Assembly: GCA_951406725.2 (NCBI GenBank)
Contig: OX597815.1
Location: forward strand, 176,142,001-176,206,000
Source: Octopus vulgaris
Lineage: Eukaryota
Direction of reading: 5' to 3'
Length of the DNA: 64,000 nucleotides
How positions within the stretch are numbered: position 1 is the stretch's first letter; each line of letters opens with the position of its first letter. Below, piece by piece: positions 52,678-64,000 of this stretch. The notes beneath the pieces were generated by a model, which was not told the DNA's origin, ran no database searches, and saw only the letters and a program-made list of their open reading frames with translations. The position numbers and the translations under genes are program-made.

Positions 52678-53418
52678 AATATTAGCATCACCAAAGAGGA
52701 GGACGTGTGATGGCTGTCACTGTTTGTAGTAGTGGTAGTCGTGATGCTTCACTCCTCTCTTCCTCTTTTATCTGCATTCCCTCACACTGTCTTTTTCTCT
52801 TTTACTCCCAAACAAGACATGTATACGAAGCAACGTGCGAATGTGGTTTCCTTAGATCTCACATACTTATCGACAACCGCCTCTTTCTCTTAACCTCTCT
52901 CTTTCTTTGTCTTTGTTTCACTCCTGTTCAGTCTATCTTCCCATCTTTTGAATATTTTTATATCCATCCATTCGTGATCGCCATTCACTCTTTACTGCCC
53001 CTTCTCTCTTCCTCCTTTCTTCCTATATTTTCCTACTCGTCTATTTCTTTTCCCTCGCCTTCTCCGTTTTGTCTCCTACGCTGTCAGATTAGTCTGACTC
53101 TGACACAGCAATGTGAGTGCACATTATAGATTTGAATTTGGGAGGAAACATTCACAGCTTTTTTGCAAATTTGTATAGAAAGTATCGATCTTATTTTATT
53201 TCTCACATAAGCCTAAGTTTTGAATATTTGTGTTTGTATGTGTGTGTGCTTGCTTGCATCATTTGTTCTGAATAATATCATCAAAGGTCAAAATCTTCAA
53301 GTCAACAGGTTTCATCATATTTGCACAGATCATAATTAAAAATCCACAAAATAAAACTTAAAACAACGCTTTTGGAAAGGAAATTCAATAAGATAACCAA
53401 TATTAGATACAAATAGCA

Positions 53419-53914
53419 AGGCGCGGCCAAGCTGCCAGAATCGTTAGCATGCCGGGCAAAATGCTTAGCAGCATATCGTCAGTCTTTACGTTATGAGTTT
53501 AAATTCCGCCGAGGTCGACTTTGCCTTTCATCCTTCGGGGTCAATAAAATATCAGTTAAGAATTGGGGTCGATTTACCCTTTCCATAAAATTGCTGGCCT
53601 TGTTCGAAGATTTGAAACCATTATTAGATACAGATAGCGTTTTCGATAGAATAGCCATTTCTTACATATTTATCATAGGAAGATGAAATGAGAAAATCTA
53701 TTGAATGAGGTTATATTACTTCAAAGGGAGGCAATGTGAATAATCCTTTCTACGATAGGCACAAGGCCTGAATTTGGGGAGGGGGGACAGTCGATGACAT
53801 CAACTCCGAAAGGATGAAAGGCCAAGTCGACCTCGGCAGAATTTGAACTCAGAGCGTAAAGACGGACGCTAAGCACTTCGCTCGACATGCTAACGATTCT
53901 GCCAGCTCGCCGCC
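53419..53914. mobile_element. Tail-to-tail inverted pair of SINE family B (+ 53419-53620; - 53745-53914)
   Basis: Both copies carry aaattc(c/t)gccgaggtcgactt..cctttcatcct, in opposite orientations. Confidence 0.85.
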
Positions 53915-53981
53915 TTAAAGCGATGAGAATAATAATTAGCATCGTCTCACGGTTGAGTTAAAACAAAAGACAAATATCTTA

Positions 53982-54143
53982 GACGCAGGAGTGGCTGTGT
54001 GGTAAGTAGCTTGCTAACCAACCACATGGTTCTGGGTTCAGTCCCACTGCGTGGCACCTTGGGCAAGTGTCTTCTGCTATAGCCTCGGGCCGACCAAAGC
54101 CTTGTGGGTGGATTTGGTAGACGGAAACTGAAAGAAGCCCGTC

Positions 54144-54182
<39 letters not shown>

Positions 54183-54408
54183 CGCGTGTGTGTGTTTATG
54201 CGTCTGTGTTTGTCCCCCTAGCATTGCTTGACAACCGATGCTGGTGTGTTTATGTCCCCGTTACTTAGCGGTTCGGCAAAAAGAGACCGATAGAATAAGT
54301 ATTGGGCTTACAAAAAGAATAAGTCCCGGGGTCGAGTTGCTCGATTAAAGGCGGTGCTCCAGCATGGCAGCAGTCAAATGACTGAAACAAGTAAAAGAGT
54401 AAAAGAGT
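53982..54408 (+). mobile_element. SINE family A, full length, young
   Basis: A box gtggctgtgtgg, B box ggttcagtccc, internal (TA)n, tail repeats gtaaaaga. Confidence 0.92.
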
Positions 54409-54509
54409 ATCTACATTTTGTTGCTTTTACGAAATGCATTTGGTAATACACGAAAAATATACGAAGATATATTTCTTATAAATGGAACAACGTACAAACT
54501 ACCTTTATT

Positions 54510-56068
54510 CTTCTATTCTTTTACCTGTTTCAGTCATTTGACTGCGGCCATGCTAGAGCAACGCCTTTAGTCGAACAAATCGACTCTAGGAGTTATTCTT
54601 TGTAAGCCTAGTACTTATTCTATTGGTCTCTTTTGCCGAACCGCTAGGTTACGGGGGCGCAAACACACCAACATCGGTTAGTGGAGGGACAAAAACAGAC
54701 ACAAATGTATGTATGTATGTATGTATGTTAGTTAGTTAGTTAGTTAATTTGGCTCAAAAGCAAATAGCAAGGCCATGTAGAGGGACATGGAGTTAAGTAC
54801 AAGGTGGTGTTCATGTAAAGAGTTCAGGCCACTTGAGGTCAAGGGAGGCTTTGAACAAAGCGGTCGTCGGCATCTTCACCATCTCGTCTGGCAGCTTGTT
54901 CTACGGATCCGCAACCCGGACGGAGAAAGCTCCTCTCCTTCGATTGAGATGAAATCGTCGCAGGTAGAGCTTTTCGGAATGACCCCGCAGCCGACGCTCT
55001 GGAGCAGGAGTGAAGAACAGCTCTTTCGAGAGATTACACTTTCCGCTTATGATGTTGTGGGCGAGAATGAGATCACCACGGCGGCGGCGTTTTTCTAGAG
55101 AATAAAGGTCGAGCGTCCTCAGCCTTTCTTCATAGGACAAATTTTTGAGACCATGAACCATGCGGGTAGCCAGCTTCTGGACTCTTTCGAGATGCTGTAT
55201 GTCTTTGAGGAGATAAGGAGAAGAGGCTTGAATCCCGTACTCCAATATGGGTCTCACCAGCGTGACATAGAGTGGTAGGAATATGGCTGCTGTGAGCATT
55301 CTGAATGACCGTCGAATCAAGAACAGAATTCCGCGTGCTTTGTTGGCAGCATGGACGCACTGGGCCGAAGGCGAAAAGGAGGAATCCACCAAGATACCCA
55401 GGTCCTTTACCTGATTGGTCCTCTCCAGCAGCAGACGACCCGGCTCGAAATCAAGTTGAGTTGCAGGAGGAGAGCCAACAGGCAGATGACAGCACTTTGA
55501 CACGTTCAGACACAGATCCCATTCGTTAGACCACCTCCAAATTTGGTGGAGGCATCGACGAAGATCCTCTATATCACCGCGAGGAGCGACCAGTTTGATA
55601 TCGTCGGCAAATAGAAGGGTGTGTTGCGTGAGGTCGTCGGGCAAGTCATTTATGAAGACTAAGAACAATAAGGGCCCAAGCACTGGACCTTGAGGCACGC
55701 CACTGCTCGCACTGGAGACGTCGGACCGCGAACCATTAACTTGGACTTGGAAGGAGCGATCTGAGAGGAAGGCACCAACCCATCGTACAATATCCGGATG
55801 GAAACTATATGCTTGAAGCTTGACAAGTAATAGGCGGTGGTTTACCGAGTCAAAAGCTTTGGCAAAGTCCAATAAAACGATGTCAACAGCATCACTATCA
55901 TCGAGGGACGGGCTTCTTTCAGCTTCCGTCTATTAAATCCACTCAGAAGCTTTTGGTCGGCCCGAGGCTATAGTAGAAGACACTTATCCGAGGTGCCACG
56001 CTGTGGGACTGATCCCAGGACGATGTGGTGGGGAAGCAAGCTTCTTACCACACAGCCACGCCAGCACC
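54510..56068 (-). mobile_element. SINE family A split by a LINE insertion (3' half 54510-54710, 5' half 55908-56068)
   Basis: The two halves join into a complete minus-strand copy; the break falls at the internal microsatellite. Confidence 0.8.
54727..55905 (-). mobile_element. Young 5'-truncated CR1-like LINE (RT domain), third family
   Basis: Uninterrupted 323-aa ORF with DFAKAFDSV, SGVPQGPVLGPLLFL, LFADDIKL and LSYEERL; GC-rich; (TAAC)n tail. The TAG at 54901-54903 sits where Trp is expected (VADP*NKLP). Confidence 0.95.
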
Positions 56069-57287
56069 TACTGATCAAGATAAATATTTATGTAAACGAT
56101 TGTTAAGTTGTCCGGAACTGACGTAATGTGTTCGCTTTACAAATACGAATCACTAGTTTATACGAAGTTTGTGCAAGTCCATGCGGAAAGAAAAGTTACC
56201 GGGTCCATGTCATTAATTGTAAAATTATTCGATGGGATATTTTAACACATAAAGACGTAAACGTATTAACTAAACCTGGCGATACAATCAATATTTAATC
56301 CATTCTGGTTGTAATACTTGAGTGCCATTTGATTAGCATTCACAAACGGAACTGATTAAAGTAAACACTATCAATCAAAATGACCAAGTTCGAAATATTT
56401 ATTTGTATCGATTTATGACAGAAAGAAATTAAGAGGAAAAGAAAGAAAGCATGTGCTAAACTGATTTCGTACATAAAAGAAGGTTGTTATTAAGTACAAA
56501 ACTGTTCGTTATTTCTTCCATCATCCAACTAGGACCTTCATATCCTGCATTGTTCTTTTCAAACCAATTTTACTTCCGTACATGAATTAATCTGAAGCCT
56601 AACTTGCAATACAGGCATTGTCTTGTGATGTTTGTAGACGATCAGTTAACTCCAGTCAGACACATAGATACATAGTAACATATCCATTTGTGATTAATGG
56701 AAAATTAAGGTTGCTTCTATCATTATTTGCAAATTATTTCTTAACAAAAGAACTGCAAAATGTTCATTATATTATTTAGAATTCTTTATGTGTTGATTGA
56801 TTATTTCGTTCCGAAACTGAATATTGTAAATGTCACAATAACCCGATTTGTTGCAACGTCTATAATCCTCCATGTGCCTGTGAAATATTGTATCCCTGCT
56901 TAATTTCACAAACGTCAGCTTAATTCAATTCATCCTTAGTCGAAAGAAATCTGTTGTTATGTCTTATTTGTATTTGTGTAACCTTCTCCATTTTTTTCCG
57001 TCCTTGTTTTCGTATACATTCACTGCTTTCTTCCAAGGAATCTAATGCTCTTAGCTTAGTTTTTCCTTGAGGCTGGCAAGATTGGAACAATCTCGAGTAT
57101 AACCAGCCGAAATTGCAACGATAATCTGGAACTCGACTGAGGAAAGATGACTCCGAATGACTCGTCCTTGTTTTCTTTGTATTGTCTATCTGGATATTTT
57201 GTTGTCCGTTTTTTTGTATCACCTAACTCTCTGGATGTTTTGCGTTCTTGTTCCATTTTGCATTTTTTTTACATATACACACACATA

Positions 57288-57370
57288 CAAGGTGCGTAAG
57301 GTTTTTCAGGACACACCTTTTTGGGGGTCATTGCTGCATTTTTTACTAACTCTGTATAATCTTGGTTTCA

Positions 57371-57410
<40 letters not shown>

Positions 57411-58555
57411 GCAGACCTCAGCTTACTCCGAAAATGTAGAGGCATGCTGTTATTGTGGTTATAAAGGCTGAGCATAGTGATTTAGAAATATCTCGATTTT
57501 TAAAAGTTGCCAGATCTTACATGTGCAAAGTTTGTAAGGAGAGACTGAATATGGGAACGTATCACCAGTATCAAAGCAAAAAAATCATTCTAAACGCTCT
57601 GAAATCATCAGAACACATGTATTTATCCAGCAAGTTCAACAGACCATTGATTATAATCCCAGAAAGTCCATGAGGTCAATTGCAAAAGATCTCCGTCTGC
57701 CAGAACGAACAGTCAGAAATGTTATCCATGAAGTCATCAGATATAAGTCTTATATGATAATGAAAGGTCAATTCGTCAGAAAAAGCAAACGAAAATCACT
57801 ACATCAGATCTAAAAGGTTATTAAACAAACTGAAAAATCCAGCAGAAGAAGATTTGATTAGGTTTTTCTCAAACAAAAAAAAACTTCGACCAAGATAAGA
57901 AATTTAACAGAAGAAATTACAGGTGGTTATTTGCAAACCCTTCTGAAGTTCCAAGTGTTATGCATACAAAATTCACTGCAACTGTCATAGCCTTGGGGGT
58001 TGTTAGCAATGAAGGACATGTGATGCCTCCTTACTTCTTTCCACAAGACCTTAGATTTAACTCTGCCACCTACATTGGAGGTCCTAGAAATAATTGTTAA
58101 GCCCTGGATAGACTGTGTGTGCAATGGAAGGCCATATGTGTTTCAGTAAGACTCTGGACTATCACACATGGCTCTAGTAACACAGGAATGGATGGCAGAA
58201 AATTTCCGTGATCACATAACCCCTAACATTGGCCTCCTGATTCCCCAGATCTCAATCCAGTGGACTAATACATGTGGAGCGTTATTGAAAGAGCGGTCAA
58301 TGAACGCGCTCATAACACCAGAGATTCTTTGAAAGCTGCCATAGTCAGAGTAATGTCCAAAATGAACCAGGACCACTTGATTCGAGCATGTAGATGATTT
58401 AGATCTCATATAGAAACAGTTGTTGAAGCTGAAGGTGGCTTTATTGAATAACATTATAGAAAAGAAAGTTTATTTTCATCCTCATAGCATTTTTGATAAA
58501 GTTATCTGTTATTATATATGTTTTTTTTTATAAACAAATCTATCTACGCACCCTG
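57288..58555 (+). mobile_element. Full-length but inactivated maT (DD37D-type) Tc1/mariner transposon
   Basis: TA-flanked TIRs CAAGGTGCGTA / TACGCACCCTG, 1268 bp. Motifs FFSNKK (FSDEK-like), VVSNEGHVMPPYFF, YVFQ*DS and WPPDSPDLNPVD. Confidence 0.88.
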
Positions 58556-60424
58556 TAGATGGATGGATAGATAGATAAGTTTCTTTAGTAGCCACACAGG
58601 GCCGGACACAAAGGGGACAAAATACAATGTAGAGCTTTTCTTTTCGGAAAAAAAAGAGGAGAAAAATAAAATTCCGATCAAAAGCGATCGTGAGAAAAAA
58701 AAAGATAGACAGATTTATACTTCGGTAAATACGGAGCTTCCATTGCATATTGTATACTAAGATGCTTTAATTACGACTTCTAATATCGAGATGTGTATTC
58801 TGTAGTAAAGCACTCTCCGCATACTGAAAACAAAGCGGTAGCAATGGGTCAGTTTAATTCGAGCTATTCAGTTCAAACTTTCTAATCCTGGGGAATAAAC
58901 CTTGTACGAAAAGATTTCTACAGAAAGTATAAAAGGCATTTATAACTATTCTCTAACTCACACACATATCTCTCATTACAACAAAGAACAAGAAGCTCCC
59001 TCTAAATCCTTGACTAAATACCAGACCTCAAATTTCTTCAAAATCATTTTTATGAATGCCTAAATCTGACATTAAGAACTTTAAAAAATTCAAAAGTACA
59101 GCGATCTTCCCTAAATGACCAGATATCATTATGAGATCGACAATACGCGTGCAACTTCTCAATAACATTAACGCAAATATATAGAAATTATCCCAGTCCT
59201 CAATTTTGAAGTTTTAAAATAAATACGTGGCACTAGAGCTAATTAAGAGAAACATAGCTAAATAGTATATATATTAAGTACTTTGAGGATTAACGTATAA
59301 AGATATAAAAGGAACTAAATTAAAAATAGCAAAAATAGTGATTGACTGCCTCTCGATAGCGTTGTATTGGATTATGTCTGGAGTTTTAGTTTAATTCAAT
59401 AAAGGAATATATCTCCTGTTTTGTAAAACTATCAACTCTCAAAGGTTAAGAAAATTTAAGATTAGCAGACGTTACCTAGGATATATATATATATATATAA
59501 TGTATACGTATCTGTGTGCTTGGGTATCTTCCACTCGAAGCTGACTCTCTCGTAGTTTGATTTTCTAATTTTATATCTTTTAGCAGCATTAGTCTCTCTA
59601 AAGCATTTTGGGATTATGGATTAAGCTACTATTTCTTTTATATTGCTGTTGAATGAATCGACGCCTACGATGTTAAGCCTACCAGATGTTTTTTTTTTCT
59701 TTCTAAATCAGTTCTGCTACTTATTTAGTGATATGATAAATGTTGAAATATAAGGTGATAAGATATAAGAAAACAGTGATAAGACTTAAGGTTACAGCCG
59801 ATTAAAAGATGCGTTAACCACACATTGTATTTCAAACTGATAAAAAAAAAATCAGCAACTATGAACCACATAAATGTGAGAGCGTTCAAACAAAATATGG
59901 TGAAGGAGCTAGGAATCCGGCTAGTATAATAACAACACAAATTGGATGTAACAAAAACCGCTCGAAACATCAATGTTTTTCTCCTTTTGGGACTAATTGT
60001 TTCTGTTGGCAAAAGTGCCCATGCTTCCACTAGAATTAATGTCTTAACCAATCGGTAACAATTTTAGTTAACTAAAATAGTAAACACTCGCCTATATGAA
60101 AAATATTTCTGATACATCCAAAATGTCAAAAACATCTGATGATACATTTTTATGGAAAGAGAGAAAGAATTAATATAAATATTCTATGGAGTGTTGCGTC
60201 GTAGCTTTCCTAGAATACTGATTTCTAAATCTAGACAAGCAAATGATTTCTTTTGGCATATTGACTGATATATAAATAATCTCGCTGACATATCAGGTGT
60301 AGTTTAGCCACAACAAAACACATTAATACAACATAAGATACAGCATTTTCATGTGTCCGGCGAAAAGTTATTTCTATCATTTTCAGCTCACTAAACAAGA
60401 AATAACTAATATAAGTGCAGTATT

Positions 60425-61722
60425 AGTTTCTATCACATGCTAGCCAGACTTCTCTTAAGAATTATGCGATCTAAAGATATTATAAAAGGAAGGACAGAAT
60501 AATATTATGCGAGATATGTTTGTGTGGCTAAGAAGTTATTTTCATAGCTATGTGGCCCAGGTTCGATTCCTTTGCATGGTACCTCAAGCAAGTAATTTCT
60601 GTCGTTCACTGCGCGGAAACCAGTCATACATATGTGTGTGTGTGTGCACAAATATGTCTATACGTAGAGTTATCTATTATATAAAATCCGTTCTGTCAGT
60701 CTGTGTGTGTGGAAAAGGTAGTGCTGCCCTTGGTCAAGAGGGTGGCTGTTGGAAGCCCCTATGTCTGGAAACAGGACTCTGCACCATACCACACAAGCAG
60801 AAGAACCCAGTCATGGCTGTCAGACAATTTCTGCTACCACACAACCCCTAAAATATGGTTACGTAACTCCCCAGACTGCAATCCCCTTAATTATTATGTG
60901 TGGGGTGCAGTTGAGTGAGAGACCAACAAAATTCCTTGTAACACCAAAGATGAACTGAAGGCAAGGATTATGGCAGCATTCACCAACTTAAAGAAGGACA
61001 CCGTCCAGACGAGTAGCATGAGATTCCAAAGTCGCATGGAGGCCGTGGTTGAAGCCAATGGCGATTTAATTGAATAAATTTACTCTTTGGTATTTCAAGA
61101 TATTTATGTAATTTTGGTAAATATATCTGTTAAAATGAGTGTCAGTGTTATTTTCATTTTTACGTAATTTAGACGACAATATATTCACGACACCCTGTAT
61201 ATACATACAAACATCAGTCTGTAATATAAAAGGTATATATATATATATATATGTTAGGAAGCCCCTATGTCTGGAAACAGGACTCTGCACCATACCACAC
61301 AAGCAGAAGAACCCAGTCATGGCTGTCAGACAATTTCTGCTACCACACAACCCCTAACATATGGTTACGTAACTCCCCAGACTGCAATCCCCTTAATTAT
61401 TATGTGTGGGGTGCAGTTGAGTGAGAGACCAACAAAAGTCCTTGTAACACCAAAGATGAACTGAAGGCAAGGATTATGGCAGCATTCACCAACTTAAAGA
61501 AGGACACCGTCCAGACGAGTAGCATGAGATTCCAAAGTCGCATGGAGGCCGTGGTTGAAGCCAATGGCGATTTTATTGAATAAATTTACTCTTTGGTATT
61601 TCAAGATATTTATGTAATTTTGGTAAATATATCTGTTAAAATGAGTGTCAGTGTTATTTTCATTTTTACGTAATTTAGACGACAATATATTCACGACACC
61701 CTGTATATACATACAAACATAC

Positions 61723-61763
<41 letters not shown>

Positions 61764-61985
61764 ACGCGCGAGTGTATGACTGGTTTCCGCATAGTGAGCA
61801 ACAGGAATTACTTGCCTGAAGTACCATGCAAAGGGATCGAACCTGGACCATGTAACTGTGAAAATAACTTCTTAGCCACACAAACATGTCTTGCATAATT
61901 TTGTTCCTACGCCAACCATATCCTTCCTATTACAATATCTCTATAATTCTTAAGAGAAGTCCTGGTAGCATACGAAACAAACTAT
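60425..61985. repeat. Inverted repeat with arms about 60425-60632 and 61772-61985
   Basis: The arms share a decayed SINE A head and adjacent non-SINE sequence (gacttctcttaagaattat..ggaagga..). Confidence 0.8.
60700..61720 (+). mobile_element. maT (DD37D-type) transposon 3' end, tandemly duplicated (units start at 60751 and 61257, period 506)
   Basis: VWKQDSAPYHTS..SPDCNPLNYYVWGAVE; each unit ends cgacaccctg-TA. I see three substitutions between the units. Confidence 0.88.
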
Positions 61986-62180
61986 TACTGCCTGTATGTG
62001 CATACGCACTCTCTCTTACACTCACGCGCGCGCACAGTTTATTGTTCCGGTATGGTAAGATCAACACCCTATGAGAGATAGCTATCATTTAATGTATACA
62101 TTATAAAGATGAGAGCTGGAGACATGATGTGCCTCCAAAGCAAGAAACTATTTGTAACTCGTATCTATATATATATATAT

Positions 62181-62222
<42 letters not shown>

Positions 62223-62629
62223 GTGTGTGCATGCGTGCGCGCATGTGTAGTTATGCACCATGGACTCTCCCTTTGTTAAACGATGTATGATTTGTTTATA
62301 GTGATTGTTTGTGTTCACATAAACTAATTCCCTCCATCAAATCGATATTGCCTGTACATGTGCACAACTGTACCACGCCTCACATATCGACACGATCGCA
62401 GAGCAACGCTCAAGAACACAACGCACCGGCTGGTCAGGGAATCGAAACCATGATCTCGCGGTTTTGAGTGCAACACCCTAACCACTGGACCATGCGCTTC
62501 ATATATATATATATATATATACTGTATATGTGTTAATTACTTTTGATTTGCTATTTAACATAATATGATTGTGTGCGTATCTATCCTGTTTCTTGCTGCA
62601 TGTGTTTCTACTTAGTGTACCAATTTTTG

Positions 62630-63007
62630 CTACAAACCTACAATTGGAGGCGATACTGGCATATGGAGCACACCACTATATTTTAGATCTGATTCTATCG
62701 GACAGGACTCTAAACAATGCTGGTCATACAAATATTTGAACTGAAAACGTCGAGAGGGCGATCCTAAGTCTAGAAAGGATTTTATTCTACTTCCCTTAAG
62801 TTTTAATCTTTTTAGCACCTTGTGAACACTCAGTAAGAATGGATAAATACATAACAGAATGACTTCAAGAAGTTGAGAGTATAGTATATGCGTACTATTC
62901 ATAGCGTTTCCATACCAACTAAATGAAGTCGAGGAGGCTGCGATTCTCAAGTATTGTAACTTGGTTTTAGCCTGATGTTCACTTTGATGCTCACCAGGTA
63001 AATGCAA
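62630..63007 (-). mobile_element. Probable Helitron remnant (Rep-helicase linker region)
   Basis: HLPGEHQ..AASST..SW..N..ILY and downstream S.DLK..GL resemble Helitron RepHel sequence; weak match. Confidence 0.45.
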
Positions 63008-64000
63008 TTAATGAATTAGGGTACATAATAAATTTTGTCTGCATTGATATAAACGAATCTGATTTCAATAACTTATTAAAATGTGTGAACTGTTGCACTG
63101 ATCTAACTTGTTATTTATAACGTCCTAATGCCTTCCCTTATGCGTTAACAGGGGCGAGAAAACGATATTTCGCGGCTTGGATTTTTGCAAGGTTTATGTT
63201 GAAATATCTATATCTATAGGCAAAAATAATCTTCGTTATTTTTGCATTAATTGGGTTTTTTTTTCTCTCGCCCCTCTTTTTTTCCTATTCCTTTCTTCTT
63301 CCTCTCTCTTAAAACATGATTTTCATTTTTAATGCCTGAATTAGAAAGTCTAAGCGTGTTATTGACTGATGGGACAAAGTATGAAAGACTCCCACAGCGG
63401 TATTCTTACCATAAAATTGACGTTACAGTACATGAAATCAGATAAATTTGATGCTTTTGTGAACTAGAAAGAAACAAACATGTAATGAAAAATTATGTTC
63501 CGTTAAAGTTTTGCTTTATAATACAGCTTTATACTCTGTGGAAATAGATGGACGTGCCAGGCATATTTTTTTTTAATATCTAACTGGTGGAGAATACTTT
63601 CTATGCATGTTTGTTTTCCCTCTTATGAACTTCAATAAAGTTCATTTTGCATCCATTTCCTTTCATGGTAATTTGTATTTCTCAAAGAAAGTCTTCACAA
63701 ATTGTATTATAGAAAGTAAAAGAAATCTTCTCTAAATGCTATGTCTAGACTTACTGAAATTGGATGTAAGCTTAAACTGATATTCTAGCAAGAGATGCAG
63801 GAAAGATTTTGCTTCATAATGGCACCATGGCTTTATTAGAGAAGTCTGCATTAGATTTGCTTTGATACATTGATAACCTACTGGTCAATACTACCGCAAT
63901 AAACAAAGACGGTTTGCATGTTATTGCTGCTCGAGTAGTTTATATATATATAATCATGAGTGCTGGTGTAAGTTGCCTCACTTAAAATGATTACTCAATT

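Noticed and set aside
52190-52680. Thr-rich mucin-like coding exon
   Set aside because: No sustained ORF or splice context; it is a low-complexity ACT/ACC tract.
54371-54392. SINE tail CAGUC-AAAU-GACUG-AAAC as an HHR stem II plus GAAA
   Set aside because: No upstream CUGANGA in any copy; better explained as the LINE-derived 3' stem-loop.

Overview
AT-rich, microsatellite-dense eukaryotic genomic DNA. The SINE repertoire looks cephalopod (Octopus-like); this is recognition from memory, not a database result. The only host gene I can support is the 3' end of a class A neuropeptide GPCR on the + strand: a TM6-TM7 exon (5968-6177) and a terminal coding exon (26598-26840), joined in phase 0 across a 20,420-nt intron. 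The rest is transposon debris: mariner and maT (DD37D-type) elements, CR1/L2-like, RTE-like and RLE-type LINEs, Helitron remnants, Penelope-like elements (PLEs), three tRNA-derived SINE families and MITE-like hairpins. Almost all of the supplied ORF track is spurious microsatellite or SINE translation. The most interesting signal is non-coding. There is a set of minimal type I hammerhead ribozyme (HHR) motifs with palindromic stem III: one looks fully intact (42115-42197) and several are decayed. A PLE at 6.6-7.7 kb reads RT - GIY-YIG - tRNA-like Pol III head - HHR. The window also shows a SINE/LINE pair with a shared 3' tail and several long fold-backs that could be dsRNA/ADAR substrates. Coordinates of decayed elements are approximate, and nothing was computed or searched.
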